Part shown: piece after piece, positions 24,994 through 34,379 of the stretch
How the letters are laid out: every line of letters starts with the position of its first letter
Position numbering within the stretch: the first letter of the stretch is position 1
From: a virus
Reading direction: 5' to 3' (one strand)
Virus record (IMG/VR): IMGVR_UViG_3300044591_000896
Coordinates: 32,001 to 96,000 of that record
Length of the DNA stretch: 64,000 nucleotides
Notes under the pieces: model-generated
The model's input: only the letters and a program-made list of their open reading frames with translations
Databases searched by the model: none
What the model was told of the DNA's origin: nothing
Translations under genes and position numbers: made by a program

Positions 24994-25583
24994 ATCGTGT
25001 TCCATTTAAAATGCTGTCTGTAATCTGTGTAACCAATAGCGCTTCTATCAACCCACCAGTCTTCATGGAAATCTCTAACCACAAGAGCATATCCAAGTGA
25101 ATCAAGTATCTGTCTTTGTGCATCACGCATAGCTATATTATTTAAAACTAAATTAGCATCATGCTCAAATGTTATTACTGTAAATCTATACTGGTTTAAT
25201 GGTACTGCTAATAAGCCATGTAAAGATAGGTATGGGTTGCCAACGGCATAGCCCTTTGGATCATACCCGCCATCAATATCTACCTGTAGGTAGTCTATCT
25301 GCTTTGGGAAATTGTTCTCTTCAAAATAATTAATATAATTAAACTGAGTAGCATCTCCAAGGATACATGGGTTCTTTCTATTTTCTGATACCTCTTTGTG
25401 AAATTCTGGAACTATCTCAAAAGAAACGCCCTTCCAGTCAAACTCATTTTCTAGTCTATAGGTATTGCTTCCATTCTTAGAATGAAATGCTCCTAGCTCT
25501 ACATAATATCCTTCTTTTTTATTGTCAAGTAAGCTTAAAACAAATTCTTCTTGAGCACTCTTCTCTTGCCAGTCTGGACTCAT
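24990..25583 (-). CDS. FkbM-like SAM-dependent methyltransferase
   Basis: YYVELGA...NGSNTYRLE...WKGVSFE...IDYLQVDIDG...ITFEHD...EDWWV. Confidence 0.8.
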   Translation of the reverse strand: MSPDWQEKSAQEEFVLSLLDNKKEGYYVELGAFHSKNGSNTYRLENEFDWKGVSFEIVPEFHKEVSENRKNPCILGDATQFNYINYFEENNFPKQIDYLQVDIDGGYDPKGYAVGNPYLSLHGLLAVPLNQYRFTVITFEHDANLVLNNIAMRDAQRQILDSLGYALVVRDFHEDWWVDRSAIGYTDYRQHFKWNTM

Positions 25584-26146
25584 CGTTTAGTTAACACCTC
25601 ATTGGAATAATGTGCAATGCCGAATGCATCTGCAACATCAAAATCATTTAAATTTAAACCATACATCTTATTAAAATAATCAACAGTCCTTTGCTTACGC
25701 ATATTTCTTAATTGATTTTTGTACCAAGAGTCAGCATAACCTGGATTCTTAGTACGGATTGCTTCCTTCTCAGCTTTTGTTGGGTTCTTATTCCCAATAT
25801 GCGCCTGCCATGAGCTGGGTGGTATTGTTATAACTTTTGCCCCCGTGGACATAAGCTCTGCAATTACAACTCCATACACATAAGACAATTTTATCACAGC
25901 ATCTGGTGATCTGACAAGTATGGCGCCCTCAACAACTATATAATCTGATTTAAGTTCCTCTAACATAACAGACATTTTCTTTTTAGCATCATATATTTTT
26001 TCATATATATCCATGCCAGCAAGATCAATCTTTCCCCACTTTAATGGCTTGTTGCCTTCCATTAGGCAAAAAGCAATAGAGTTTGTTGACGCATCTATCC
26101 CAAGGACACGGTGCGCTTTTGTCTTTACAAGGCTACTTAATTTCAT
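25580..26146 (-). CDS. ruvC: RuvC-like Holliday junction resolvase
   Basis: VLGIDAS, VVEG, DVADAFGIA. Confidence 0.85.
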   Translation of the reverse strand: MKLSSLVKTKAHRVLGIDASTNSIAFCLMEGNKPLKWGKIDLAGMDIYEKIYDAKKKMSVMLEELKSDYIVVEGAILVRSPDAVIKLSYVYGVVIAELMSTGAKVITIPPSSWQAHIGNKNPTKAEKEAIRTKNPGYADSWYKNQLRNMRKQRTVDYFNKMYGLNLNDFDVADAFGIAHYSNEVLTKR

Positions 26147-26408
26147 CTATAATTTCCTGAAGCAGGCTCTTGGTTCTGCTTCTTTTCTTTTCGCAATGGG
26201 CGCATATAGTATCAGTGTTGTACCTGCTTAGCTTAGCCTTACATTTAGAACACTGCCTAACAGATCCATTTTTAATTGCTTTTCTTTCATAATATTTTTC
26301 CATTATCCTTCTGTTTGTTGCAACTCTGCAACACTCATCAGTACAATATTTTTGATTATGAGTCTTGGGATCAAAATCTTTTGCACACTCTTTATTTGAA
26401 CATATCAT
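26133..26408 (-). CDS. Zinc-finger hypothetical protein
   Basis: Multiple Cys pairs (CSNKEC, YCTDEC, CSKC, CAHC). Confidence 0.75.
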   Translation of the reverse strand: MICSNKECAKDFDPKTHNQKYCTDECCRVATNRRIMEKYYERKAIKNGSVRQCSKCKAKLSRYNTDTICAHCEKKRSRTKSLLQEIIDEIK

Positions 26409-27196
26409 AATTTTGGTACGCTATACATTTCTATCTGAACAGTTCCTACTGGACCAGACTTATCGTAGCATGCTTTCTTGACAGGGCAATATGTACATGG
26501 CATTTTAGATTTAGTAGCACCAGCAGGTCTCATTGGCAAATCTCCATTTTGGAAATTATCCCAAACTTCTTGCATCCACAAGAATGTATCTTCAATTATC
26601 TTCTTGTTCTTATCATTCATTGATACTGGAATAATCAAAACTTCTTGTGTATTTTTATTCTCGTATAGGAAGAAGCCTTCTTTGGCATTCTTTAATTTCA
26701 TGTATGTAAGTAACTGTAGCATGTGGTTTGGTGAAGACTTCATCTCTGACTGCCTTGTATCCCATACCTCCTGCTTAGCCGTCTTGATTTCACCAATAAC
26801 GGTTTCACCATCGTACTCCATGATCAAGTCAATAAAGCCACGGATAGGTGGGTACTCATTGGTAATCTCTTCTTCTTCTGCAACAAACTGAGGCATTGTG
26901 GAAATAAGCTTTTGTAGTCTTTCGTGGGCCTGTGTTCCCTGGGCCATGTTTGCAACAGCAACAGCATCATTATCATCAATGAACATTGCTCCGCTAAATG
27001 CCATATACCAATATCTTGGGCATGTTCCATGTCCGTACCCTAAAGAGCTTGGGCTAAATGACTTCTTTGTCATGTCTCCGTCAGCACGTTTAGTATTACG
27101 ATATGACTCATCAAGCAGTTGGGCAAATAGCTCTGGATCAAAATGCTTACCCGTATGCTTCTTAAACTTTAAATTTTTTACAATGTCTCTTGCCAT
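26405..27196 (-). CDS. Cas4-like PD-(D/E)XK exonuclease
   Basis: SPSSL...CPR, GFIDLI, GEIKT, QLLTYM, CTYCPVKKAC (four-Cys Fe-S pattern). Confidence 0.88.
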   Translation of the reverse strand: MARDIVKNLKFKKHTGKHFDPELFAQLLDESYRNTKRADGDMTKKSFSPSSLGYGHGTCPRYWYMAFSGAMFIDDNDAVAVANMAQGTQAHERLQKLISTMPQFVAEEEEITNEYPPIRGFIDLIMEYDGETVIGEIKTAKQEVWDTRQSEMKSSPNHMLQLLTYMKLKNAKEGFFLYENKNTQEVLIIPVSMNDKNKKIIEDTFLWMQEVWDNFQNGDLPMRPAGATKSKMPCTYCPVKKACYDKSGPVGTVQIEMYSVPKL

Positions 27197-27535
27197 TTAT
27201 GAATTATACCTAACGACATACTTAAGTGCATCTACAAGTTTGTCTATGGACTCCTTTACTGAATAGTAAATGTTCTTCTTATTGTTATTGGCTGTTCCAG
27301 CCTTGTCTTTTGCAATTGTTGAATATACAGATGCAAGAACAGCAAACTTAGTTGACATTGCCTGTAGCTCCATAATTAAATGTGGTGCCTTTGCTGAAGG
27401 AACATCTGGGTTCATTAACAATTTTACCACAATAGCAAGAGCTTTATCCAAGTGTTCATCCTGCATGAACTCATGGAGATCATTAAACTCTGTTATATCG
27501 CTTATAAGCTCTAATGTATTCTTATCCTCTGCCAT
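27197..27535 (-). CDS. Hypothetical helical protein
   Basis: ORF track; operon packing. Confidence 0.75.
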   Translation of the reverse strand: MAEDKNTLELISDITEFNDLHEFMQDEHLDKALAIVVKLLMNPDVPSAKAPHLIMELQAMSTKFAVLASVYSTIAKDKAGTANNNKKNIYYSVKESIDKLVDALKYVVRYNS

Positions 27536-27626
27536 CTTTTTCCCTCTTATCTAATTTGTCAATAAATAAACCAAGGCCGTAACCAATAATAAATCCAATT
27601 GCCGCCCCACAAATAAAAGAAATCAC
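27522..27626 (-). CDS. 34-aa single-TM micropeptide
   Basis: Manual translation (GTG) MISFICGAAIGFIIGYGLGLFIDKLDKREKDGRG; fills the gap. Confidence 0.55.
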   Translation of the reverse strand: MISFICGAAIGFIIGYGLGLFIDKLDKREKDGRG

Positions 27627-28012
27627 TAGAAAGGAACCTCTGCGTTCATGTCCCAGCTTGCGCCAGATGAAATCTTCTCACGTGAAACAGACCATGGAGT
27701 CAAGCCAATGCTAGTGGCTTTAATTTCGTAGCTATTTTTAGCTTGCCCTGTCTCTTTATCTTTCCATGTTTCTTCATAGATCACACCAGAAATAGTAACC
27801 TCTTGTCCCTTCTTAAGGACGTCTTTAGCTTGCTCTGCAAGTCTATTCCAAACCTTAACTGTCCACCAAGAAGTTGGTCCATCTTTCCATTCTCCTGTAG
27901 AGTCATCTCTAATGCGGTCATTGGTTGCAACTCTTAATCTTAATCCGCCATTGCCAAGAACAACTGGATCTTGTCCAATCTTACCTACCAAATTAATATC
28001 TGGATTACTCAT
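27626..28012 (-). CDS. ssb: Bacterial-type single-stranded DNA-binding protein
   Basis: LVGKIGQDP...LRVATN...WWTVKVWNRLAE...LKKGQEV...C-terminal EVPF. Confidence 0.9.
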   Translation of the reverse strand: MSNPDINLVGKIGQDPVVLGNGGLRLRVATNDRIRDDSTGEWKDGPTSWWTVKVWNRLAEQAKDVLKKGQEVTISGVIYEETWKDKETGQAKNSYEIKATSIGLTPWSVSREKISSGASWDMNAEVPF

Positions 28013-28310
28013 GATTTTCCTCCCAAAACGATATCAGTTCTTCTAATACCGTCCATTCAATGATTCCAAGACGAACCTTAGAATCAGTTCCTATAATTAT
28101 TTTTAACGCTGGGTGCATATCTCTACTTACTTTAAATGTATCAGTGCATATCTTAGACCACACTGGTTTGTTTAAAGTAAAAGAAGAAGATGCTTCTTTG
28201 TAATCAACAAGGAACTGATTCCATTTGGCATCACCCTTTTGATAATCTCCACGTCCACTATTCTTCTGTGCTCTTGCACCATCTCTTTTGACTTCTGATC
28301 TTTCTGACAC
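28005..28310 (-). CDS. Small PD-(D/E)XK nuclease (Hjc-like resolvase)
   Basis: NSGRG...KGDA...LVDYKE. Confidence 0.65.
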   Translation of the reverse strand: MSERSEVKRDGARAQKNSGRGDYQKGDAKWNQFLVDYKEASSSFTLNKPVWSKICTDTFKVSRDMHPALKIIIGTDSKVRLGIIEWTVLEELISFWEENHE

Positions 28311-28504
28311 TAGCCCACCTGATGCTTTGTCTCATGTCCATTGGAACATGTCCATTGCATAGTTAAACTTTCTGGATCCCACAACCCACCATCCACATCA
28401 AGCTCACATTTAGAACAGGGTCTTATACCTTCAAGGCTTTCCAATGTGGAACGCAAAGCCTCTTTCTGCTCTTTGTTATTTAAGAATTCATTAAGATCTG
28501 GCAT
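28310..28504 (-). CDS. Hypothetical zinc-ribbon protein
   Basis: CSKC...CSNGH. Confidence 0.7.
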   Translation of the reverse strand: MPDLNEFLNNKEQKEALRSTLESLEGIRPCSKCELDVDGGLWDPESLTMQWTCSNGHETKHQVG

Positions 28505-29495
28505 TTATTTCATCAGCCAATTCTGTAACTACTTCTGGATTTTCTTTTAAGTAAGCAACTGCTTTTGCACGTCCCTGAAGTCTTTCTCCATTGACAGTAT
28601 ACCAAGCACCACCTTTTTCTACTACGCCAACCATTTCTGCAACATCTAATGTTTCTCCTACTGCATCTACTCCTAAGATTTCTCCTTGATAGTAGAAGTC
28701 GTATTGTCCTGAAAGATTAGGGGGGCCGAGTTTGTTGTAATCAATAATCCAATTGACTGGTCTGCCAACTCTTTGCTCAATGATTTTGTCACCAACTTTA
28801 ATGCCCGCTTTAATCGCATTAGCCTCAGCTTCTGAAGACCATAGCTTAATGACCGTGGAAGAGAAGAATTTAACTGCCATTCCTCCTGTCGGAATATGGG
28901 AGGCATGCATAGATCCAAATTGATTTCTTTGCTGTGAGATGAGTACCAATAGTGTATTTTTGTTTGCATAATTTAACATCTTGACTGCATGAGTCATATC
29001 CTTTGCTTCTGCTCCGATTTGCTTAGTGTCTTGCAAATCTTTCATTTCATTTCCATCTTTTTCAAAATAAATTGCTGGCAATAGTGCTGAGATTGAGTCT
29101 ACAACAATGATATCAACACCAGCATCCATTAGCTTTGTAGCAACATCAACCATATCATTTACAGTTTTTGCTGGTGAATAGATAAGAGAAGAGGAATCTA
29201 CTCCAAGCATTTCTGCCCAAGACTGGTCGTATGAAGCTTCAGCATCAATCCAAGCACATGTCTTTCCCTCTTTTTGTGCCATGCCAATCATCTGCAGACA
29301 GAAAGAAGACTTACCAGCAGACTTGTTTCCCCAAACTAAAACCTGTCTTCCATATCCAAGCCCACCTTTTAATGCCATGTTTAAACCAATGCTAGGTGTC
29401 AACTGCTTTTCAACTTTTACGTCTTGTGCAGACTGAACTCTTGCTCTAGTTTTTGGATCTAACTTTGCTAATATATCATTTATTTGTATAGTCAT
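28491..29495 (-). CDS. recA: RecA-like recombinase
   Basis: GNKSAGKS Walker A, WIDAE, IVVDSISAL, TGGMAVKFFSS, KGGAWY. Confidence 0.93.
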   Translation of the reverse strand: MTIQINDILAKLDPKTRARVQSAQDVKVEKQLTPSIGLNMALKGGLGYGRQVLVWGNKSAGKSSFCLQMIGMAQKEGKTCAWIDAEASYDQSWAEMLGVDSSSLIYSPAKTVNDMVDVATKLMDAGVDIIVVDSISALLPAIYFEKDGNEMKDLQDTKQIGAEAKDMTHAVKMLNYANKNTLLVLISQQRNQFGSMHASHIPTGGMAVKFFSSTVIKLWSSEAEANAIKAGIKVGDKIIEQRVGRPVNWIIDYNKLGPPNLSGQYDFYYQGEILGVDAVGETLDVAEMVGVVEKGGAWYTVNGERLQGRAKAVAYLKENPEVVTELADEINARS

Positions 29496-29524
29496 ATAAA
29501 CCTTTTCTTTGTATTAGTATAGCA

Positions 29525-29866
29525 TTAAAACAAATTCCCGTGAAGCCTTTGTCTCTCTTTATTTTTATTTATTTTATTGTCCATTACTTCATCCAAAGAA
29601 TGTTCAACAAATCCTTCATTCATCATTGCAGCATAAAGGTCAAGTAGTCTAATAATTACATCAGCCATCTCTTCTACAATTTCTTCTGATCCTTTATCTT
29701 TACGAATAGCTTCTAGTACTTCAGTTACTTCTGAATGAACCAAGGCAAGCTTGTTGCCAATCTTGTCATATGTAATCTCGCCATCCCAAAAACCTTTTTC
29801 TAAAGCTAACTCATGTAGGACTGCTGCAAATGCATCAAGTCCATAATCAGTGCTTAGAGCTGTCAT
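29525..29866 (-). CDS. MazG-like nucleotide pyrophosphohydrolase
   Basis: LVHSEVTEVLEA...EEMADVIIRLLD. Confidence 0.85.
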   Translation of the reverse strand: MTALSTDYGLDAFAAVLHELALEKGFWDGEITYDKIGNKLALVHSEVTEVLEAIRKDKGSEEIVEEMADVIIRLLDLYAAMMNEGFVEHSLDEVMDNKINKNKERQRLHGNLF

Positions 29867-30059
29867 CTTTTACCTTTAACTTAAATACAAATGTCTGATT
29901 ATCTGCATCATAATCAACCTGTAGTTCCTTGTCCTCATTTAAAGCATCAATTAAAACACTGGTAGGAACCATTAGCTCCTTGTGTGATTCTAATATTGCT
30001 ACTAATATCTTTGTAACATTTAGCTGTGCAAAGATATCCTCTGGTGCTTCTTCTGTCAT
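29847..30059 (-). CDS. Hypothetical protein
   Basis: ORF coupled to the dnaE stop. Confidence 0.7.
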   Translation of the reverse strand: MTEEAPEDIFAQLNVTKILVAILESHKELMVPTSVLIDALNEDKELQVDYDADNQTFVFKLKVKDDSSKH

Positions 30060-33000
30060 AGTATTTCCTTTATATTCAATGTGCCGTCATCTAATTTAGA
30101 TAGCACAACCTTACACTTCATTCCCTCTCGCATTTTAGCAAGAGACATCTTATACATTGTTGGGAAAGCAATAACTCTAGTTAATTCTTTATCCTTGTTA
30201 GACAATACAATATGGCTCATTTGTTTTCCAGCCTTTGTTGTATATGGAGTAAAGTTAACTACAATATACTCATCTTCCTCTAGGTCATATTCTTTTCTAT
30301 ATAGGTAGTCGACAAACAAATCATCTGACTTAGGATCAATATCGCTTACCTTAATATATCTGGCAATACGATTATCTCCAACTAAAATAAAGTACATCTG
30401 ATTGGTTTCAATTTGTGTTTGCTCTGTATGGAATAGACCAATAGAACCAGTTTCATCTACCAGTTCAACTCTTGCCCAGCCACTTCCACGCTTAATTGAT
30501 TTAACCATTCCAAACATTACAAATGAACCTAGGTCATCGAAGTCTTGAATTGGTCTTGCCTGCGCTTTAATACGTGGCGGAATTCCAGCTAAATTAAATG
30601 TTGGTATTCCTAGGTATTCGTAGTAGTTGTCTTTCTCGTTACCTTGTCTTGGATTATCGTCAAAAGCCGCACCACCGATGGAATTAAGAGCAGTGATAGC
30701 CCTGCTATTAATGCCGCTACCTTTTTTCGACGCCTTATCAATGAAATCAGCATAGTCTTTGTATGGTCTCTTTTCTATGATCTTGTTTGCAATACTGTCT
30801 GAGATAAACTTTACCTCAGCTAAACCAAATCTAATAGACTCTCCTTGTAAAGAGAAGTAAATATCAGACTCGTTAATGTGTGGAAGCTTGATACTCAAGC
30901 CAAGTCTTTTTGCTTCAATTAAATATTCTGTTCTTGCGTCCTTGTCATTTTCGTTTTTAAGAATCGAGAACATGAATTCCAAAGGATAATAAGTTTTGAG
31001 CCAAGCAGTATAGTAAGATAGCATAGAGTAAGCAACAGCATGGGAACGGTTAAAAGAATAACCTGCGTGAGCCTCAAAGTCATGCCATAGTTCTTCTGCT
31101 TTTTTCTTAGTAATGTGCTTTGAAGCCCCAGTAACAAACTGATCTTTGAATTGGTCGAACTCTTTTGCATCTTTCTTTTTACCAATAATCTTGCGTACCT
31201 TGTCGGCTTCAGACCAAGACATCCCTCCTAGGTGTACGCATGCCTGCATAACCTGCTCTTGATATATAATAACACCATATGTGTTTTCTGTAAAAGGCTT
31301 AAGAATGGTGTGCGTATATTCTACCGCTTCACGACCATGCTTACGATTAATATAAGATGCACCAACTGTATTCATCGCACCAGGGCGAACTAGGGCATTT
31401 GATGCAGCAAGATCTTCAAATTTGTCTACACCCATTTTCATTAAAAGGTTTGTGTATGGGGTTGCTTCTGCCTGAAACACTCCCTTTGTATAACCTTCTG
31501 AAAGCATTTGATAAACCTTTGGGTCATCCATAGATAGCCCAGAAAGATTAATATCCTTCTTGTGTCTTTTTTTAATTGAGCCAAGAGTGTCTGATATTAC
31601 AGATAAAGTTTTAAGACCTAGCGCATCTAGCTTAATAAGACCAATGTCTGCAACGGTATCCATATCATATGCTACAACAGGAATTCTTCCTGAAACTTTG
31701 TCCTGTGAGTCTTCACGAGATTCAACTGGGGCAAACTTTCGCAAGTCATCTTTTGCTACCACAACTCCAGCAGCATGTACTCCAACTGACCTGATTCTTC
31801 CACGAAGTCTGTCTGCAAGCCAAACTACTTCTGGGTACCGCAATCTAAATTCTTTTGTGTTTGGTGAGTCAATAAAATCTTCAAATGTATCTACAGACTT
31901 AAGTGCACGATTAACCTCTTGAAGTGGAACCATAAATACACGAGCAGCATCTCTAACAACTCCCTTATCCTTAAAGTAGGTATAGGTTGAAATAGAAGCA
32001 ACATGCTTAAATCTTTTCTTTAAATAATCTTTAACCTCTTTGCGACGACGGTCTTCAAAGTCAGTATCAATATCTGGAAAGTCATTTCGCTCTGGGTTAA
32101 TAAAACGGAAGAACAGCAAGTCATATTCAATTGGATCTACATCTGTAATTCCAAGAGCATAGCAAACTAATGATCCAGCTGCTGAACCACGGCCAGGACC
32201 TACACGAATATCATTTTCCTTGGCCCAGTTAATCATGTCTGCAACCACTAGGAAATAGGAGGCAAAATTCTTTGAAGCAATAATGTCTAGCTCTTCCCTT
32301 AGCCTGTCCCTATAAATAGGGTCTGAAGCCTTCTGAAGCCCCTCTAAGCCCTTTTCAGACAACTCTAGTAGTCTTTCATCGGCATCAGTCTTTGGGACTG
32401 GCAGAAGGTCTAGACCCTGATAGAAATCATACTCCTCAACCTTATTTGCAATCTCCATAGTATTTTCATATATGTCTGTTCGATTAATCCCAGCCTTATT
32501 AAAGTCTGCCTCAATTTCTGAGCGTGACTGAATAAATAGGTTGTAGTCTTGGAATGATATTCTTCTATCTGGATAGAGATAATTAAATCTGTCAAGCATG
32601 TCCTTAATATTTCTAGACATGTCAAAGTCTGTATCCTTATCTGCCTTTGGTGATGTGGACAGAATAAGTAATGCTTCTTCTAATATTCTGTCTTCTTCTT
32701 TAGCAAAGTGAGCATCTCCAGTTGCCACCGCCTTAATTTTAAGCTCGTCAGCAAGATCAAGAAGAGCAGCATTTATTTCTGGCGGATTATGAGATTGAAC
32801 CTCCACATAAAAATCTTCTTGAAAAGTTTGCTTAAAGTCTTTGAGTATAAGCCTTGCTTCTCCCAATTCGCCTTTTTCGATGCACTTACTAATAAGACCA
32901 TTAAGGCATCCGCTAAGTACAATAATACCTTCTGCATATTCTTTTAAAACCTCTCTATCAATGCGTGGCTTATGATAAAAGCCTTCATTCCACGCAAGCT

Positions 33001-33325
33001 CTTGAAGCGTGTTAATATTTTCTAGCCCCTTCTTATTTTTTGCAAGAAGGATAATATGGTTGTAAGCCTGAATAGATTTATCTGTTTTAGATGATCTATC
33101 AAATCTATCTGTGGGTGAGATGTATGCCTCTACACCAAGGATTGGTTTAACTCCTAATTCTTTTGCAGCAATCTGCATATCACGATGTGATGAAAGTGTT
33201 CCATGATCTGTAATTGCAATTGCTGTTTGTCCAGCATCTAGTGCAGCCTGACATAGCTCTTTGGGTGAGTTTAGCCCATCCATTAATGAATAGTATGAGT
33301 GGACGTGAAGGTGTGTAAAGCTCAT
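30056..33325 (-). CDS. dnaE: DNA polymerase III alpha subunit (family C)
   Basis: PHP motifs HLHVHS and AITDHG, GRGSAAGS, PDIDTDF, HAAGVV, GYSFNRSH; no intein seen. Confidence 0.97.
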   Translation of the reverse strand: MSFTHLHVHSYYSLMDGLNSPKELCQAALDAGQTAIAITDHGTLSSHRDMQIAAKELGVKPILGVEAYISPTDRFDRSSKTDKSIQAYNHIILLAKNKKGLENINTLQELAWNEGFYHKPRIDREVLKEYAEGIIVLSGCLNGLISKCIEKGELGEARLILKDFKQTFQEDFYVEVQSHNPPEINAALLDLADELKIKAVATGDAHFAKEEDRILEEALLILSTSPKADKDTDFDMSRNIKDMLDRFNYLYPDRRISFQDYNLFIQSRSEIEADFNKAGINRTDIYENTMEIANKVEEYDFYQGLDLLPVPKTDADERLLELSEKGLEGLQKASDPIYRDRLREELDIIASKNFASYFLVVADMINWAKENDIRVGPGRGSAAGSLVCYALGITDVDPIEYDLLFFRFINPERNDFPDIDTDFEDRRRKEVKDYLKKRFKHVASISTYTYFKDKGVVRDAARVFMVPLQEVNRALKSVDTFEDFIDSPNTKEFRLRYPEVVWLADRLRGRIRSVGVHAAGVVVAKDDLRKFAPVESREDSQDKVSGRIPVVAYDMDTVADIGLIKLDALGLKTLSVISDTLGSIKKRHKKDINLSGLSMDDPKVYQMLSEGYTKGVFQAEATPYTNLLMKMGVDKFEDLAASNALVRPGAMNTVGASYINRKHGREAVEYTHTILKPFTENTYGVIIYQEQVMQACVHLGGMSWSEADKVRKIIGKKKDAKEFDQFKDQFVTGASKHITKKKAEELWHDFEAHAGYSFNRSHAVAYSMLSYYTAWLKTYYPLEFMFSILKNENDKDARTEYLIEAKRLGLSIKLPHINESDIYFSLQGESIRFGLAEVKFISDSIANKIIEKRPYKDYADFIDKASKKGSGINSRAITALNSIGGAAFDDNPRQGNEKDNYYEYLGIPTFNLAGIPPRIKAQARPIQDFDDLGSFVMFGMVKSIKRGSGWARVELVDETGSIGLFHTEQTQIETNQMYFILVGDNRIARYIKVSDIDPKSDDLFVDYLYRKEYDLEEDEYIVVNFTPYTTKAGKQMSHIVLSNKDKELTRVIAFPTMYKMSLAKMREGMKCKVVLSKLDDGTLNIKEIL

Positions 33326-33531
33326 TAGTATCCGCCCAAGCATTCATTTCTAGTATGATAAAGTCTAATCTTTGTCATAGTCTTTTTATTAGGAGCATAT
33401 AAATCTTCTCCACAACACGCAGCTTTTAAGTACCATTCTTTTGCAAAGAAGTCGTACATCAAGCCTTTATAGCTAGCATATTTCTTAGCTACAAAAGTTT
33501 CAAATGGATCTGGTATTTCTAAGTTAATCAT
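33325..33531 (-). CDS. Hypothetical protein
   Basis: ORF track; TAATG coupling to dnaE. Confidence 0.7.
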   Translation of the reverse strand: MINLEIPDPFETFVAKKYASYKGLMYDFFAKEWYLKAACCGEDLYAPNKKTMTKIRLYHTRNECLGGY

Positions 33532-33551
33532 TTCCGCCGTTTTCTATTATG

Positions 33552-33624
33552 TACCAAAGGTGGGATTCGAACCCACGCTGTATAGATTTTAAGTCTACCG
33601 CCTCTACCGCTGGGCTACTCTGGC
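33552..33624 (-). tRNA. tRNA-Leu(TAA) with a short variable loop
   Basis: GCCAGAG...GTAGA CT TAA AA TCTAT ACAGC GTGGG TTCGAAT CCCAC CTTTGGT A. Confidence 0.92.
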
Positions 33625-33627
33625 AGA

Positions 33628-33650
33628 GTGGGGCGGTGACCCGCCCCACC
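33628..33650. other. GC-rich hairpin between the SSB stop and tRNA-Leu
   Basis: GTGGGGCGG...CCGCCCCAC with no U-tract on the minus strand; probably an mRNA-stabilising or processing stem. Confidence 0.55.
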
Positions 33651-33654
33651 TTTA

Positions 33655-34329
33655 CTACCAGTCTAAGCTGCTGCTTGTTGAAGAGTTTGTCTCTTCTACC
33701 TGTCCGCCTTCGCCAGCAAAGAATGACTCTTGATCAGTGTATGGTAAATCACGCACTGCAGTAGTCTCTAAGTCATACAATTCTACAGTAGATAAATCAA
33801 ATGCTGTTTCATCTTTTGCTAGTGGAATGATTGTATAACTAGTATCTGTTTTTGTACCTGAACGCTTAATGCGCCACATAAGGTTTGTAATTGAGCCCAT
33901 CTCTCCTGCGTATTCAATTAGTGTAGGTGTAATTGTTTTTCCGCTTGAGCCCTGTGAAAGAATTGCTACGTATGGATCTTCTTTGCCGTCATCAATAAGT
34001 ACATTAATGTAAAGTCGTGAACGACCCTTCCATCCTGCCTTGTAATCCTTACGATGTTGTTCGCAACCATAGCATTTGCCTTGGTCATCCATTGTGCAAA
34101 GTGCCTTACGGCGATAGTCCTTTGGATTTGTGTGTTCAACTGCAATAAATCCAAGTCCAGCTTTTTCATTGTATGTTGGTGAGTCTGGGTCAAGCTCTTG
34201 TAGAAAACGAATCTTAACGCTTTCTGCATCCTCTAGCTTTGCCCAACGTGCTTTTGTGCTATCTCCTTCTGAATATGAAGGCTTGTCCATTACTTGATTT
34301 AGTCCCTTGAGACCTTTTACGATTCCCAT
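33655..34329 (-). CDS. Phage-type ssDNA-binding protein (gp32-like)
   Basis: Located in the replication module; KIRFL...H...C...CYGC zinc ligands, IKRSGTKTDTSYTI, acidic/Ser tail ending LDW; strong RBS. Confidence 0.7.
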   Translation of the reverse strand: MGIVKGLKGLNQVMDKPSYSEGDSTKARWAKLEDAESVKIRFLQELDPDSPTYNEKAGLGFIAVEHTNPKDYRRKALCTMDDQGKCYGCEQHRKDYKAGWKGRSRLYINVLIDDGKEDPYVAILSQGSSGKTITPTLIEYAGEMGSITNLMWRIKRSGTKTDTSYTIIPLAKDETAFDLSTVELYDLETTAVRDLPYTDQESFFAGEGGQVEETNSSTSSSLDW

Positions 34330-34379
34330 ATTTTCTCCTTTATAGTTGATGGTATAGATCCATCTGTTCTTTTATTATA

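Noticed and set aside
26405-27196. Cas4-like gene as evidence of a CRISPR-Cas system
   Set aside because: No cas1/cas2, effector genes or array in the window. Solo Cas4-like nucleases are common in phage recombination modules.
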